IMG/VR virus record: IMGVR_UViG_2534682108_000005 | Span: 1-17,046 of that record | DNA: 17,046 bases | Origin: a virus | Lineage: Duplodnaviria; Heunggongvirae; Uroviricota; Caudoviricetes | Strand: one strand, 5' to 3' | Part shown: piece after piece, positions 1 through 7,183 of the stretch | Layout of the letters: every line of letters starts with the position of its first letter | How positions within the stretch are numbered: the first letter of the stretch is position 1 | Program-made: the position numbers and the translations under genes | The notes under the pieces: generated by a model | Seen by the model: only the letters and a program-made list of their open reading frames with translations | The model's database searches: none | Told to the model about the DNA's origin: nothing

Positions 1-70
1 TCCATTAAAAATGATGGACATTATTTTTGTAGAGCCAGAGGAAACAGACCAGACGGTTTAAATGAGCCGG

Positions 71-709
71 TTACAAGTGTTTTTCTGGCGTTGCATTATA
101 AATTTTTTGCCAGTCTTCCAGGGTGAGTCTGGATCTGGTCACTTTAGGGATCGGTTTACGGGTAGCCTCCGGAGGATTCCATCCAGGAGGAACTTCTCCC
201 GCATGCTGTGCTTCTTTATAAATATCAACCCATAATCCGCGATTTACTCTTGCTGTGCTGACCATGTCTTTATCCATCCACTCGTCCAGTATTAATGCAA
301 AGTCTCTTACCTCCAGTTCTTTCAATGGGTGGTTTCCCAGGCGGGAAACCAGGTATGCAGCCATTCGCACTTTTTCTTTGTGGGTTGTAGCTGCAATGTC
401 TCCATTTTTCAGTCGCGACTCCTGTATTTTCAGATATCGATCAACCCATGCCTTTAATCTGATACCCCGACGTTTTGTTGCTGATGGACTTTCATCAATT
501 TTGCGCATGAAATATTCTGCTTCTGCTGCAGCTATTCGCTGATTGGCTGTTGAAGCGATTTTTTCTGCCTTACCTTTGTCTGTTCCGAGTCCGTGAAATT
601 TTCCAGTCACAGGATTTTTATACTGGTAGTAAACTCTGCCAGTTCTGCGATCAAACTTTTCGTAAAGACCGGCTACGTCAGTGCTGTTTTTTCGTGGCCT
701 CGGTGACAT
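71..709 (-). pseudogene. Truncated lambdoid tyrosine integrase: only the N-terminal arm-binding/core-binding portion (212 aa) is present; the catalytic domain is missing
   Basis: The ORF ends ...TRSRLTLEDWQKIYNATPEKHL then TAA at 71-73. This aligns with the lambda Int region RRSRLTADEYLKIYQAA that precedes the catalytic domain. Full-length lambdoid integrases are about 350-410 aa. The 70 bp to the window edge does not continue the frame. Confidence 0.65.
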
Positions 710-956
710 GAGTTAAAATCTCCTTCAGTGCATCATCATCGCCAGTATGAATTTCCGGCGCAATTCCCGTTTCACCAGGCCCAACAAATACTGCTCGGCG
801 ATCTATCAGCCAACGCCCACGAATTTTTTGTGGTCTTGGAACGATGTATCCTAGTTTTCCGTATTTCACCAGGGTAGTGTTTGTTATTGGGAGACTGAAC
901 CGTTTTGGTTTCCACTCGTCGAGCGTTATCAGGTACTGTTCGCTCATGGCTATCAC
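678..956 (-). CDS. Excisionase (Xis-like), overlapping the integrase start
   Basis: The 92-aa ORF contains YLITLDEWKPKRF, resembling the lambda Xis N-terminus (YLTLQEW). It overlaps the int start by about 30 nt, as in xis-int operons. The start could be the internal Met at 947. Confidence 0.6.
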   Translation of the reverse strand: MIAMSEQYLITLDEWKPKRFSLPITNTTLVKYGKLGYIVPRPQKIRGRWLIDRRAVFVGPGETGIAPEIHTGDDDALKEILTHVTEATKKQH

Positions 957-1008
957 TCCGGAACGCGCCAGTTGCAGAATATCAACGACAACTGGCGACG
1001 GTTGAACA

Positions 1009-3480
1009 TTAAAAATCAGCCTGACTCGGGATCAGTTTTTGCCAGATAACTGAAACGTATTTTGCCTGGTAACGGGCGTCATCAAGTGCATTATGGCGCT
1101 CACCTTCGAATGGAATAGCCGTTCTGGCATCGAAGTCTATGGCTTTCCCCAGCTCAACGATTGTGCGTACATCGCGATCGTTGTAGTAACGCCACGGGCA
1201 GGGGATCCCCTGCCGTTCGTATGAACGGCGCAAAATCGTGTTGTCGAAGTTGGCTCCATTTCCCCAAACCTGAACAAAAAATTCACCGGAGTTTTCGTCG
1301 ATAAATTCCCGCAATTGTAACAGTGCATCATCTAACGGGATTTCATCGGTCATAATGGCAGATTGCGCTTCGCGTGATTGCTTAAGCCACCATTTAATGG
1401 TGTCCCGATCAATGACTCCGCCAGCAGTTTCCAGATTGATAGTCTTACTAAATTCCGGTCCCATATCTCCGGTTTGCGGATCGAAAAATATTGCACCTAT
1501 TGAGATGATCGGGGCATCAGGATTTTTTCCCATGGTTTCAAGGTCGATCATTAGATGGTCACACGTCCTGCTGGTGGATGTGATTTCGTGATGACCGTTC
1601 ATCTTAATTGGGTGATCTGCCGTCTCGCCAGTTTCATTATCGCTATTGTGATGCTGATTGCCGCCAGTGTTCTCCTTGTGTGGATGTTCAGTGCCTTCCA
1701 TTTCCTCCGGATCATCTTCCTGAACTTCAACCTGATACTCTTCATCGAATGTTTCCTGGTATGTTGCGTCGCCCATTACCGCGCCACAATCAGGGCAGTT
1801 ACCGCCGCCGGTCTGACCGCAGGCGGTGCAGACTTTTTCCACTTCCTGTTGCGCCACTGATTCAGGCTGTTTCGTTTCTGGCTCGTTTTGTAACGCATTT
1901 GGGCTGTTTTGTTCCGCTTTTTGGTAGTTCCGTTCCGATTCATGCTGGTTCTGGTTCACAGAATCGCGGGTCTGGATCCCCTTAACCCATTTCGGATCAT
2001 TCGGGTCACTAATCCCTTCAACAAATTCACCACGTGATGCAGCAAGCAACTTATCGGCGTCAGGCTGGATGATATTGGCTGCCTGCATAATTTTGTTTAC
2101 TTCGTCAGCGGTAACTTTTATCGGCTCTGGTTGTTCTGAATCTTCAGCGGTATCTACATTTTGCGGTAAGCCCGTGTATGTGCCATTTTTTCGGGCAAAA
2201 TATTCTTCTTTTGTGATTTCAGTGGCGCCAGCAGCCAGTGCCTTATCCAGACCAGAAAGTTTGTTTGCGCGACCGTATTTTTCTCCGTCCTTATCTGCGA
2301 AGAGGAAATAGAACGGCCCCTCACGCTCTACAGATGGTTCGACTTCCACTTTGCATTCGGTTTTTTCGTTGTCTGGAATTGCCGTTTCCACTGCATCAGT
2401 TTCTGGTACTGGCGACGAGAGAGTATCAGTTGCGCTCTGATTTGTTCCTTCATCTTCAAACACGCCCTTTGTAGTCAGGTATTCAGTAATGTATTTGTTC
2501 AGTGCCACAGGGTCTTTGTGAATGTCGATCGGACGTTCACGGACAAGGCCAAAAATAGTCTGGCGGTCGTAGCGAAGGGCATCAGGCTGTTTGCGCATTG
2601 ATGCCGAGATACGCTTCCAGTCTTCGCGGTCGTTGTCGATAACTTCATTTTTTGCCCAGCGATGGATGCTGCCGTCAATGTTTCCGGCATCCACATCACC
2701 AGGCCAGAGAGCGTAGGCCAGTTCGTCATCCAGTGTTTTCCATGTCTGCTTGTATTCGCGATGAATGGCAGCAATGACCGGGTTGATTTTTCCTGTTGAA
2801 TTTTCAGTGTGTTGTTGATTGGCTCTGGCGCGGGCGAGATCAACAACAGACGTGTATTTTCCGGCTTCCTTGCGTTCACCTTCGCGACGTTTTTTCCAGA
2901 TGCGCATCTCTGCCTGAATTTCGGGCCATTTGGCACCAGGCTTACATTTATGCTTAACCCACCCGATGGCATGCAGCTTAAGCTCCGGATACATAGCGTT
3001 AACTTCTGGCATTTTCATCAACGCTTCAACGATGTGGCCGTCGAATGTTGCCATGTCTTCCTGCAACAATTCCTGTGCGCTAATCACCATATCAACAGTG
3101 ATGTTTTCACATGTGTCGAACTTAACCATGACAGCGTTCTGTACTTCAGGGGCTAGGTTGTCAAAAGTGACGTTCATCGGATCGGATTCAGTCTCGACCG
3201 GGACAAAGGAAGCAGACGCCTCATCCCAGCGGTTTTCCTGCATATATTCAGCATCCCAGGAATCGAGGGCAGGGCGGGGTATACCGGGTTTATCCTCGCA
3301 AACAAGAAATTTATAAGCGCAGTCCTGAGCAGCCGGATAATGTTCCAGGAATTGCCAGTGAAATTTTGCGCGGGCGCGACGTTCATCACCGGCTTCAATG
3401 GCAGTGGCTACAGCGACGGCACCTTCTTCCTTTATTGCCTGTTCGTCCGGAATGGCGGCGCAAATAAAGACTTTACTCAT
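1009..3480 (-). CDS. Large phage exonuclease (823 aa) with a C-terminal DnaQ-like DEDDh 3'-5' exonuclease domain; the kind of protein usually annotated exodeoxyribonuclease VIII-like in lambdoid prophages
   Basis: Long uninterrupted ORF. The C-terminal ~180 aa carry exonuclease motifs (MIDLETMG, FDPQTGD, HNALDDARYQ). A CxxC...CxxC zinc-ribbon-like motif (CTACGQTGGGNCPDCG) sits in an acidic low-complexity middle region. Position between xis and the dicB-like operon fits a recombination module. Confidence 0.8.
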   Translation of the reverse strand: MSKVFICAAIPDEQAIKEEGAVAVATAIEAGDERRARAKFHWQFLEHYPAAQDCAYKFLVCEDKPGIPRPALDSWDAEYMQENRWDEASASFVPVETESDPMNVTFDNLAPEVQNAVMVKFDTCENITVDMVISAQELLQEDMATFDGHIVEALMKMPEVNAMYPELKLHAIGWVKHKCKPGAKWPEIQAEMRIWKKRREGERKEAGKYTSVVDLARARANQQHTENSTGKINPVIAAIHREYKQTWKTLDDELAYALWPGDVDAGNIDGSIHRWAKNEVIDNDREDWKRISASMRKQPDALRYDRQTIFGLVRERPIDIHKDPVALNKYITEYLTTKGVFEDEGTNQSATDTLSSPVPETDAVETAIPDNEKTECKVEVEPSVEREGPFYFLFADKDGEKYGRANKLSGLDKALAAGATEITKEEYFARKNGTYTGLPQNVDTAEDSEQPEPIKVTADEVNKIMQAANIIQPDADKLLAASRGEFVEGISDPNDPKWVKGIQTRDSVNQNQHESERNYQKAEQNSPNALQNEPETKQPESVAQQEVEKVCTACGQTGGGNCPDCGAVMGDATYQETFDEEYQVEVQEDDPEEMEGTEHPHKENTGGNQHHNSDNETGETADHPIKMNGHHEITSTSRTCDHLMIDLETMGKNPDAPIISIGAIFFDPQTGDMGPEFSKTINLETAGGVIDRDTIKWWLKQSREAQSAIMTDEIPLDDALLQLREFIDENSGEFFVQVWGNGANFDNTILRRSYERQGIPCPWRYYNDRDVRTIVELGKAIDFDARTAIPFEGERHNALDDARYQAKYVSVIWQKLIPSQADF

Positions 3481-3572
3481 TTTGTTTTACCTCATTACAG
3501 ATTTAAGGGTGAACAAATCCCTGCCATTGCTGGCATATAAGAATGAAATCGGATGTTTATTACGGAACTGTT

Positions 3573-3764
3573 TTAAAGACCTGCCGGGATTTCGTTATTA
3601 TCCTGGTGAATAACTTTATCGACCGGGTAACAGTTACCGGGAATTTTCTGTTCGGTTGCTGCAGTCACACACTCCTGCATTGTCCTGTGAACACTGACTG
3701 CAGTATCAACTGGCTCTCCGGAAACAAGAAAAACTGTCAGAACAAGTGCAAATGCTGTATTCAT
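3573..3764 (-). CDS. ydfD: Small hydrophobic N-terminus protein (63 aa), YdfD-like by size and synteny
   Basis: Start at MNTAFALVLTVFLVSG with an AAGGA Shine-Dalgarno 8 nt upstream. Its ATG overlaps the stop of the upstream gene (ATGA). Size and position after the dicB-like gene match Qin ydfD as I recall it; not verified by alignment. Confidence 0.5.
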   Translation of the reverse strand: MNTAFALVLTVFLVSGEPVDTAVSVHRTMQECVTAATEQKIPGNCYPVDKVIHQDNNEIPAGL

Positions 3765-3949
3765 TGCCAGCATCCTTTTTGTATCGGACGTAAACGGGCC
3801 AACATTGAAAGAATGCATATTTTATTTAATAGCTCCCGTTCGTGTTTTCTCTTGTTAATGGCATCTTCAGTAAATACAGGGTTACTGATAGTGACACCAA
3901 TTTCAAAACAACCTTCAGACGTATTAACGTTTGGTAATAACGTTTCCAT
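3761..3949 (-). CDS. dicB: DicB-like cell-division inhibitor (62 aa)
   Basis: 62-aa ORF (METLLPNVNTSEGCFEIG...) with a GAGGA SD 7 nt upstream, lying immediately downstream of the DicF sequence on the same strand and translationally coupled to the next gene. Size and synteny match Qin dicB. Confidence 0.55.
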   Translation of the reverse strand: METLLPNVNTSEGCFEIGVTISNPVFTEDAINKRKHERELLNKICILSMLARLRPIQKGCWQ

Positions 3950-4118
3950 TATCGCGTCCTCAACAATGAATTTTGTGATGCGGTGCCTGGTGCCTCCAGG
4001 TGACGTTAACCAGTTAACAATTAACGCCGGATACAGAGAATCCACCCATAACACTGTTTTTGGTTTTAACTGTTCCGCGTGCGCTTAGCCGCATTCACCG
4101 CATCACAAAATTCACTTT

Positions 4119-4176
4119 AAAAAGGGCGGCAGAGCAGTCACGGAGTAAAACTGATACCGCCAAACGTCACCAGAAA
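4119..4176 (-). ncRNA. dicF: DicF small RNA (ftsZ-targeting antisense sRNA of Qin-type prophages) with its intrinsic terminator
   Basis: Minus-strand sequence UUUCUGGUGACGUUUGGCGGUAUCAGUUUUACUCCGUGACUGCUCUGCCGCCCUUUUU matches the DicF sequence as I recall it, including the 3' GC-rich stem and U-run. It sits between the ydfC-like and dicB-like genes as in Qin. Confidence 0.8.
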
Positions 4177-4517
4177 ATTGATAACAGAGGGCGTTGCAGC
4201 GGGATTGTCACTTAAGCGTATGGTCAACCTGACAACCCGGTGTCCTCAACGGGGGAAGGAATAACCCCGCCATACTTACCGCCGCGCCATTTCGCGGATT
4301 GCCACAACCGGAAGCGCACGGTCGACGAAAATTTAACGACAGGCTATCTATGAACCAGCTACCTCGCCGTGCGCTTTCGCGTTATGGTCTGACTTTTCAG
4401 GGAAATATCCTTTCAGTAAACTGTCAGTGCCGGATGCTCACCCGTGTCCGGCGCACGCACTCCACCTCACCCGTGGAGAACTCCTTAATTACCAACCTTA
4501 GCTTCGTTGGTTAGCTA

Positions 4518-4736
4518 TTAACGCGGGTATGTAATCATTCTGGCAATGCTTAATGCCGCTGCTTTTTCCAGATTGGTGATATCCTGCTCCAGAGCGGACA
4601 GATTTTCAGCCTGCTTAGCCCTGGCTTCATTGGCCCATTTCAAATCCTGCGCTGCATTAATTTTCTGGCGCATCCACTCATAAAGTTCATCATTGGTATA
4701 GTCTGGCGCGATGATGACGGGTTCTCGTTTCTGCAT
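4518..4736 (-). CDS. ydfC: Small protein (72 aa), YdfC-like by size and synteny
   Basis: 72-aa ORF third in the leftward small-gene operon, upstream of dicF. Size matches Qin ydfC. No catalytic motif recognised. Confidence 0.5.
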   Translation of the reverse strand: MQKREPVIIAPDYTNDELYEWMRQKINAAQDLKWANEARAKQAENLSALEQDITNLEKAAALSIARMITYPR

Positions 4737-4765
4737 ACTGATTCCTCGCGGTGCTGTTTCGCTTA

Positions 4766-4894
4766 TCAGCCGTTAGATTTTGCCGAACTGGAAAGCGCCT
4801 GTTTAAATTCGTTGAAGCTGAGAGCTTCTTCGCCTTCGGCAAGACCTTCGAAGTATTCTTCGTAAGCCTTTTCCATGATAGTGTCGAAATCCAT
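4766..4894 (-). CDS. ydfB: Small acidic protein (42 aa), YdfB-like by size and synteny
   Basis: Not in the ORF track because it is under 60 aa. Manual translation gives MDFDTIMEKAYEEYFEGLAEGEEALSFNEFKQALSSSAKSNG. An AGGTGA SD lies 5 nt upstream of the ATG at 4894; stop TGA at 4766-4768. Size matches Qin ydfB. Confidence 0.45.
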   Translation of the reverse strand: MDFDTIMEKAYEEYFEGLAEGEEALSFNEFKQALSSSAKSNG

Positions 4895-4895
4895 A

Positions 4896-5132
4896 TCACT
4901 CACCTGAGTTTCTTTCCAGCCAGCGACGGGCACCATTTTCGGTTTTAAACGTTTTGCTTTTGGTATACGTCATCGCGGTGAACGTACCGTCCTGGTTGGG
5001 GAACACGCCACATACCAGAGATTCGCTGTTGCCAAGATCGATAGTATCCATGCTGACATCATTTCCCCTTAACGCCGGGGTAGCGGAACAAAAACCTGCT
5101 GCATAGTTATTAAAGTTGAACCCTGCCGTCAT
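4896..5132 (-). CDS. ydfA: Small protein, YdfA-like; 78 aa from the ATG at 5132, or 51 aa from the internal ATG at 5051
   Basis: First gene of the leftward operon downstream of the terminator and operator site. The longer form has a GAGG SD about 9 nt upstream; the internal start gives the 51 aa I recall for Qin ydfA. Start not resolved. Confidence 0.45.
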   Translation of the reverse strand: MTAGFNFNNYAAGFCSATPALRGNDVSMDTIDLGNSESLVCGVFPNQDGTFTAMTYTKSKTFKTENGARRWLERNSGE

Positions 5133-5258
5133 GTTCTTACGCCTCGGGCTGGCTACTTAACCCCTGACCACTGCCGGGTAACTCGAAGTATTGCCTGGCG
5201 TTCTGTGGGGCGGGGTGGGTTGATGAATGAACAATACCACTACTATTTAATTATGTAA

Positions 5259-5271
5259 ATAGCAATGCTAT
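5259..5271. promoter_or_regulatory. Operator-like palindrome ATAGCAaTGCTAT in the promoter region of the leftward ydfA-dicB-like operon
   Basis: Two 6-bp inverted arms (ATAGCA/TGCTAT) around a central A, inside an AT-rich putative promoter between the terminator and the first operon gene. Near-identical sites occur in the repressor/cro intergenic region. Confidence 0.5.
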
Positions 5272-5282
5272 TATCGTAGCAA

Positions 5283-5306
5283 GAAAAAAACCACCCGAAG
5301 GTGGTT
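5283..5306 (-). terminator. Rho-independent terminator ending the repressor/toxin-antitoxin transcript
   Basis: On the minus strand: stem ACCACC, loop of 4 nt, stem GGTGGT, followed by a run of 8 U, 15 bp downstream of the ParE-like stop. Confidence 0.65.
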
Positions 5307-5320
5307 GTTGACAGGAAGGA

Positions 5321-5611
5321 TTAACAGGTTTTGTTTGGATACTGTCTTCGTGAGTGAACTACATTTACGATCTCGATGTTAGATGCTGTTACTCGGTAAA
5401 GTATTATATAGTTAGGATGAGTCACTATCTCACGAAGACTTGGAACTCTTTCGCTCGGTGGGTACAGATAAGGGTGTTCAGTAAGTGACAAAACTGATGT
5501 TTCAATGCGTATTTTTAGTCTACGTGCAGCGGGAGGGTTTTCCTTAGCAATATAGGCTACGATCTGACGTAAATCATCACGTGCAGAAGGTAGCCATAAA
5601 ATGGGCAGCAT
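5321..5611 (-). CDS. parE: ParE/RelE-superfamily toxin (96 aa) of a type II toxin-antitoxin module
   Basis: Size, basic C-terminus and overall pattern (...HPNYIILYRVTASNIEIVNVVHSRRQYP) resemble ParE toxins. Its start overlaps the stop of the upstream small gene by 1 nt, the typical antitoxin-toxin arrangement. Confidence 0.7.
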   Translation of the reverse strand: MLPILWLPSARDDLRQIVAYIAKENPPAARRLKIRIETSVLSLTEHPYLYPPSERVPSLREIVTHPNYIILYRVTASNIEIVNVVHSRRQYPNKTC

Positions 5612-5802
5612 TACTCACTCCTGTTCGTTGCAGCTAATTGAGCAATAAGGTTTTCCATTTCAGCCATTACTTCGTCATGTGGAATTGCAGGACGGGGATC
5701 TGAGAGGCTTGCTGCCACTTTGGCTCGCAACCATTCGTTATAGCTGTTTTCTTGTTCGACTGTTTCAAATTCAGAAATTATCGGGGAAAGGGCTGTACTC
5801 AT
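5611..5802 (-). CDS. Antitoxin (63 aa) cognate to the ParE-like toxin; PaaA-like
   Basis: Small acidic protein (MSTALSPIISEFETVEQENSYNEWLRAKVAASLSDPRP...) directly upstream of and coupled to the toxin gene. It resembles, from memory, PaaA-type antitoxins of the three-component paaR-paaA-parE systems of E. coli O157 prophages. Confidence 0.6.
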   Translation of the reverse strand: MSTALSPIISEFETVEQENSYNEWLRAKVAASLSDPRPAIPHDEVMAEMENLIAQLAATNRSE

Positions 5803-5819
5803 GTTTTGACCTCCTCAGA

Positions 5820-6320
5820 TTAGGCGCGACGACCCTTTTGCGCAGCTAGCCATCGCGCAACGATTTCTTCAATTGATTCTTTTTTCTCCTTCATTTCCTT
5901 AAGCATTTTCTCTTTATCTTCTTTGGGGAAAGCCCTGAACGTCTGGAGCAAATCCCGCTCCATGGGGTCTATATTAAACGGAAGTTCGTTTTCCGATTGT
6001 TCCATATCTGCAGATATAGTGACAACATTGTCCTCCCCAGATTCTTGGGGATACATCCTTACAATTTGTAACAACTCGGCCATATCTGGTCTGATTGACT
6101 CGGGAGGAACTTGCAGCAACCCTGCGAACTTGATAACAGCCTCAAGATTTAAAGGTGTCTGACCATTTAGATAATGGCTTACAGCTCCCTGTGTCGAAAA
6201 TCCCAGAATTTCTGCCGCACGCTCTTGGGTTAATCCTAGTTGATTTTTTTTCGCCGTCCAGATTTCTTTCAGTCTCTGGGCGGCTTGCAGGTCGATCTCT
6301 GACAGGGATTTTCTTTTCAT
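5820..6320 (-). CDS. XRE-family HTH repressor (166 aa) at the immunity position; DicA/PaaR-like, lacking an S24 peptidase domain
   Basis: N-terminal HTH (LTQERAAEILGFSTQGAVSHYLNG) and a charged helical C-terminus (KEDKEKMLKEMKEKKESIEEIVARWL), architecture like DicA. Divergent from the Cro-like gene, and directly upstream (18 bp) of the antitoxin-toxin pair on the same strand. Confidence 0.75.
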   Translation of the reverse strand: MKRKSLSEIDLQAAQRLKEIWTAKKNQLGLTQERAAEILGFSTQGAVSHYLNGQTPLNLEAVIKFAGLLQVPPESIRPDMAELLQIVRMYPQESGEDNVVTISADMEQSENELPFNIDPMERDLLQTFRAFPKEDKEKMLKEMKEKKESIEEIVARWLAAQKGRRA

Positions 6321-6427
6321 ACCTTCAATTCTAATAAGATTATTAATCTCTTTGAAATAGTAATGCTATTTACTTTTAAAAATAACAATGATATTAATGA
6401 TCGTGATGACATCACATGAGGTGAACA
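6321..6427. promoter_or_regulatory. Divergent immunity promoter/operator region with several palindromes
   Basis: AT-rich 107-bp intergenic region containing TAATAAgaTTATTA (6333-6346), ATAGTAaTGCTAT (6357-6369), ATAACAaTGATAT (6382-6394) and GTGATGaCATCAC (6403-6415). The GAGGTGA SD for the Cro-like gene is at 6418-6424. Confidence 0.6.
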
Positions 6428-6703
6428 ATGAATCTTGGAGAATATTTGCATCATTCCGGTATAACTCAGAAGCATTTTGCTGAAATTGTTGGGGTAACCC
6501 AGGGGATGGTAAGCCATGTCATTACCGGACGGGCGAAACTTACGGGGGAAAAAATTTTACGTTGGTGCGAAGCAACAGGCTGGATAGTAACTCCGCACGA
6601 GATTGATAGCAGTACTTATCCCAACCCAACCGACGGCTTACCTGTCGAGTTTCAGGCTAACACACAACCAGAGGCGGGGGTGATTCATGAAAATCAAGCA
6701 TGA
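6428..6703 (+). CDS. Cro-like small HTH regulator (91 aa), YdaS/DicC-type
   Basis: Divergent from the repressor. HTH signature KHFAEIVGVTQGMVSHVITGRAKLT; strong SD; overlaps the start of the next gene. Confidence 0.65.
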   Translation: MNLGEYLHHSGITQKHFAEIVGVTQGMVSHVITGRAKLTGEKILRWCEATGWIVTPHEIDSSTYPNPTDGLPVEFQANTQPEAGVIHENQA

Positions 6704-7112
6704 ACACATCCGCATGGCGATGAATGCGTGGGCATATCCTGACGGTGAGAAGGTGCCAGCTGCTGCTATTGCCAGAGCGTATTTTGAACTGGGGATGACA
6801 TATCCCGAGTTGCACAACGACGACAGGCACAACGCGCTCTATCTCAACACCCAAAAGATTTTCCGTTGGCTGGATAAAGACACTCCTGATGCTGTTGAGA
6901 AAATTCAGGCATTGTTACCGGCGATCGAAAGGGCAATGCCACCTCCGCTGGTAGCCCGAATGCGCAGCCACAGTTCCGCTTATTTTCGGGAGCTGGTGGA
7001 GACGCAGGAACGGCTAGTGAAAGATATCGATGATTTCGTTGCATCAGCGATCGTTCTGTTCGACCAGATGAATCGTGGTGGTCCGGCGGGTAATTCCGTG
7101 GCTGTGCATTGA
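6687..7112 (+). CDS. YdaT-like protein (141 aa), in the CII-like position downstream of cro
   Basis: The N-terminus MKIKHEHI and the ~140 aa length match what I recall for Rac YdaT. Position immediately after the Cro-like gene. Function assigned by position only. Confidence 0.5.
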   Translation: MKIKHEHIRMAMNAWAYPDGEKVPAAAIARAYFELGMTYPELHNDDRHNALYLNTQKIFRWLDKDTPDAVEKIQALLPAIERAMPPPLVARMRSHSSAYFRELVETQERLVKDIDDFVASAIVLFDQMNRGGPAGNSVAVH

Positions 7113-7183
7113 CTGAAAATATTTATACCGGATCGCTTCCGGCAATTCGTGAGTAAAAAGATTCGGTCTCAGAAGAGGTGAGT

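Noticed and set aside
255-542. 95-aa plus-strand ORF inside the integrase fragment
   Set aside because: Antisense to the integrase coding frame; Ser-rich low-complexity translation; no SD.
1137-3398. About ten ORFs of 60-160 aa on both strands inside the interval of the 823-aa exonuclease gene
   Set aside because: All lie within or antisense to one long, well-supported ORF, lack ribosome-binding sites and have no recognisable motifs; they are frame noise.
3543-4088. 181-aa plus-strand ORF
   Set aside because: Cys-rich low-complexity translation, antisense to the translationally coupled dicB-like/ydfD-like genes, and would run through the DicF terminator region.
4299-4514. 71-aa plus-strand ORF upstream of the dicF region
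   Set aside because: No SD and an Arg-rich translation typical of an out-of-frame read; the interval is better explained as the dicB-operon transcript containing the DicF precursor.
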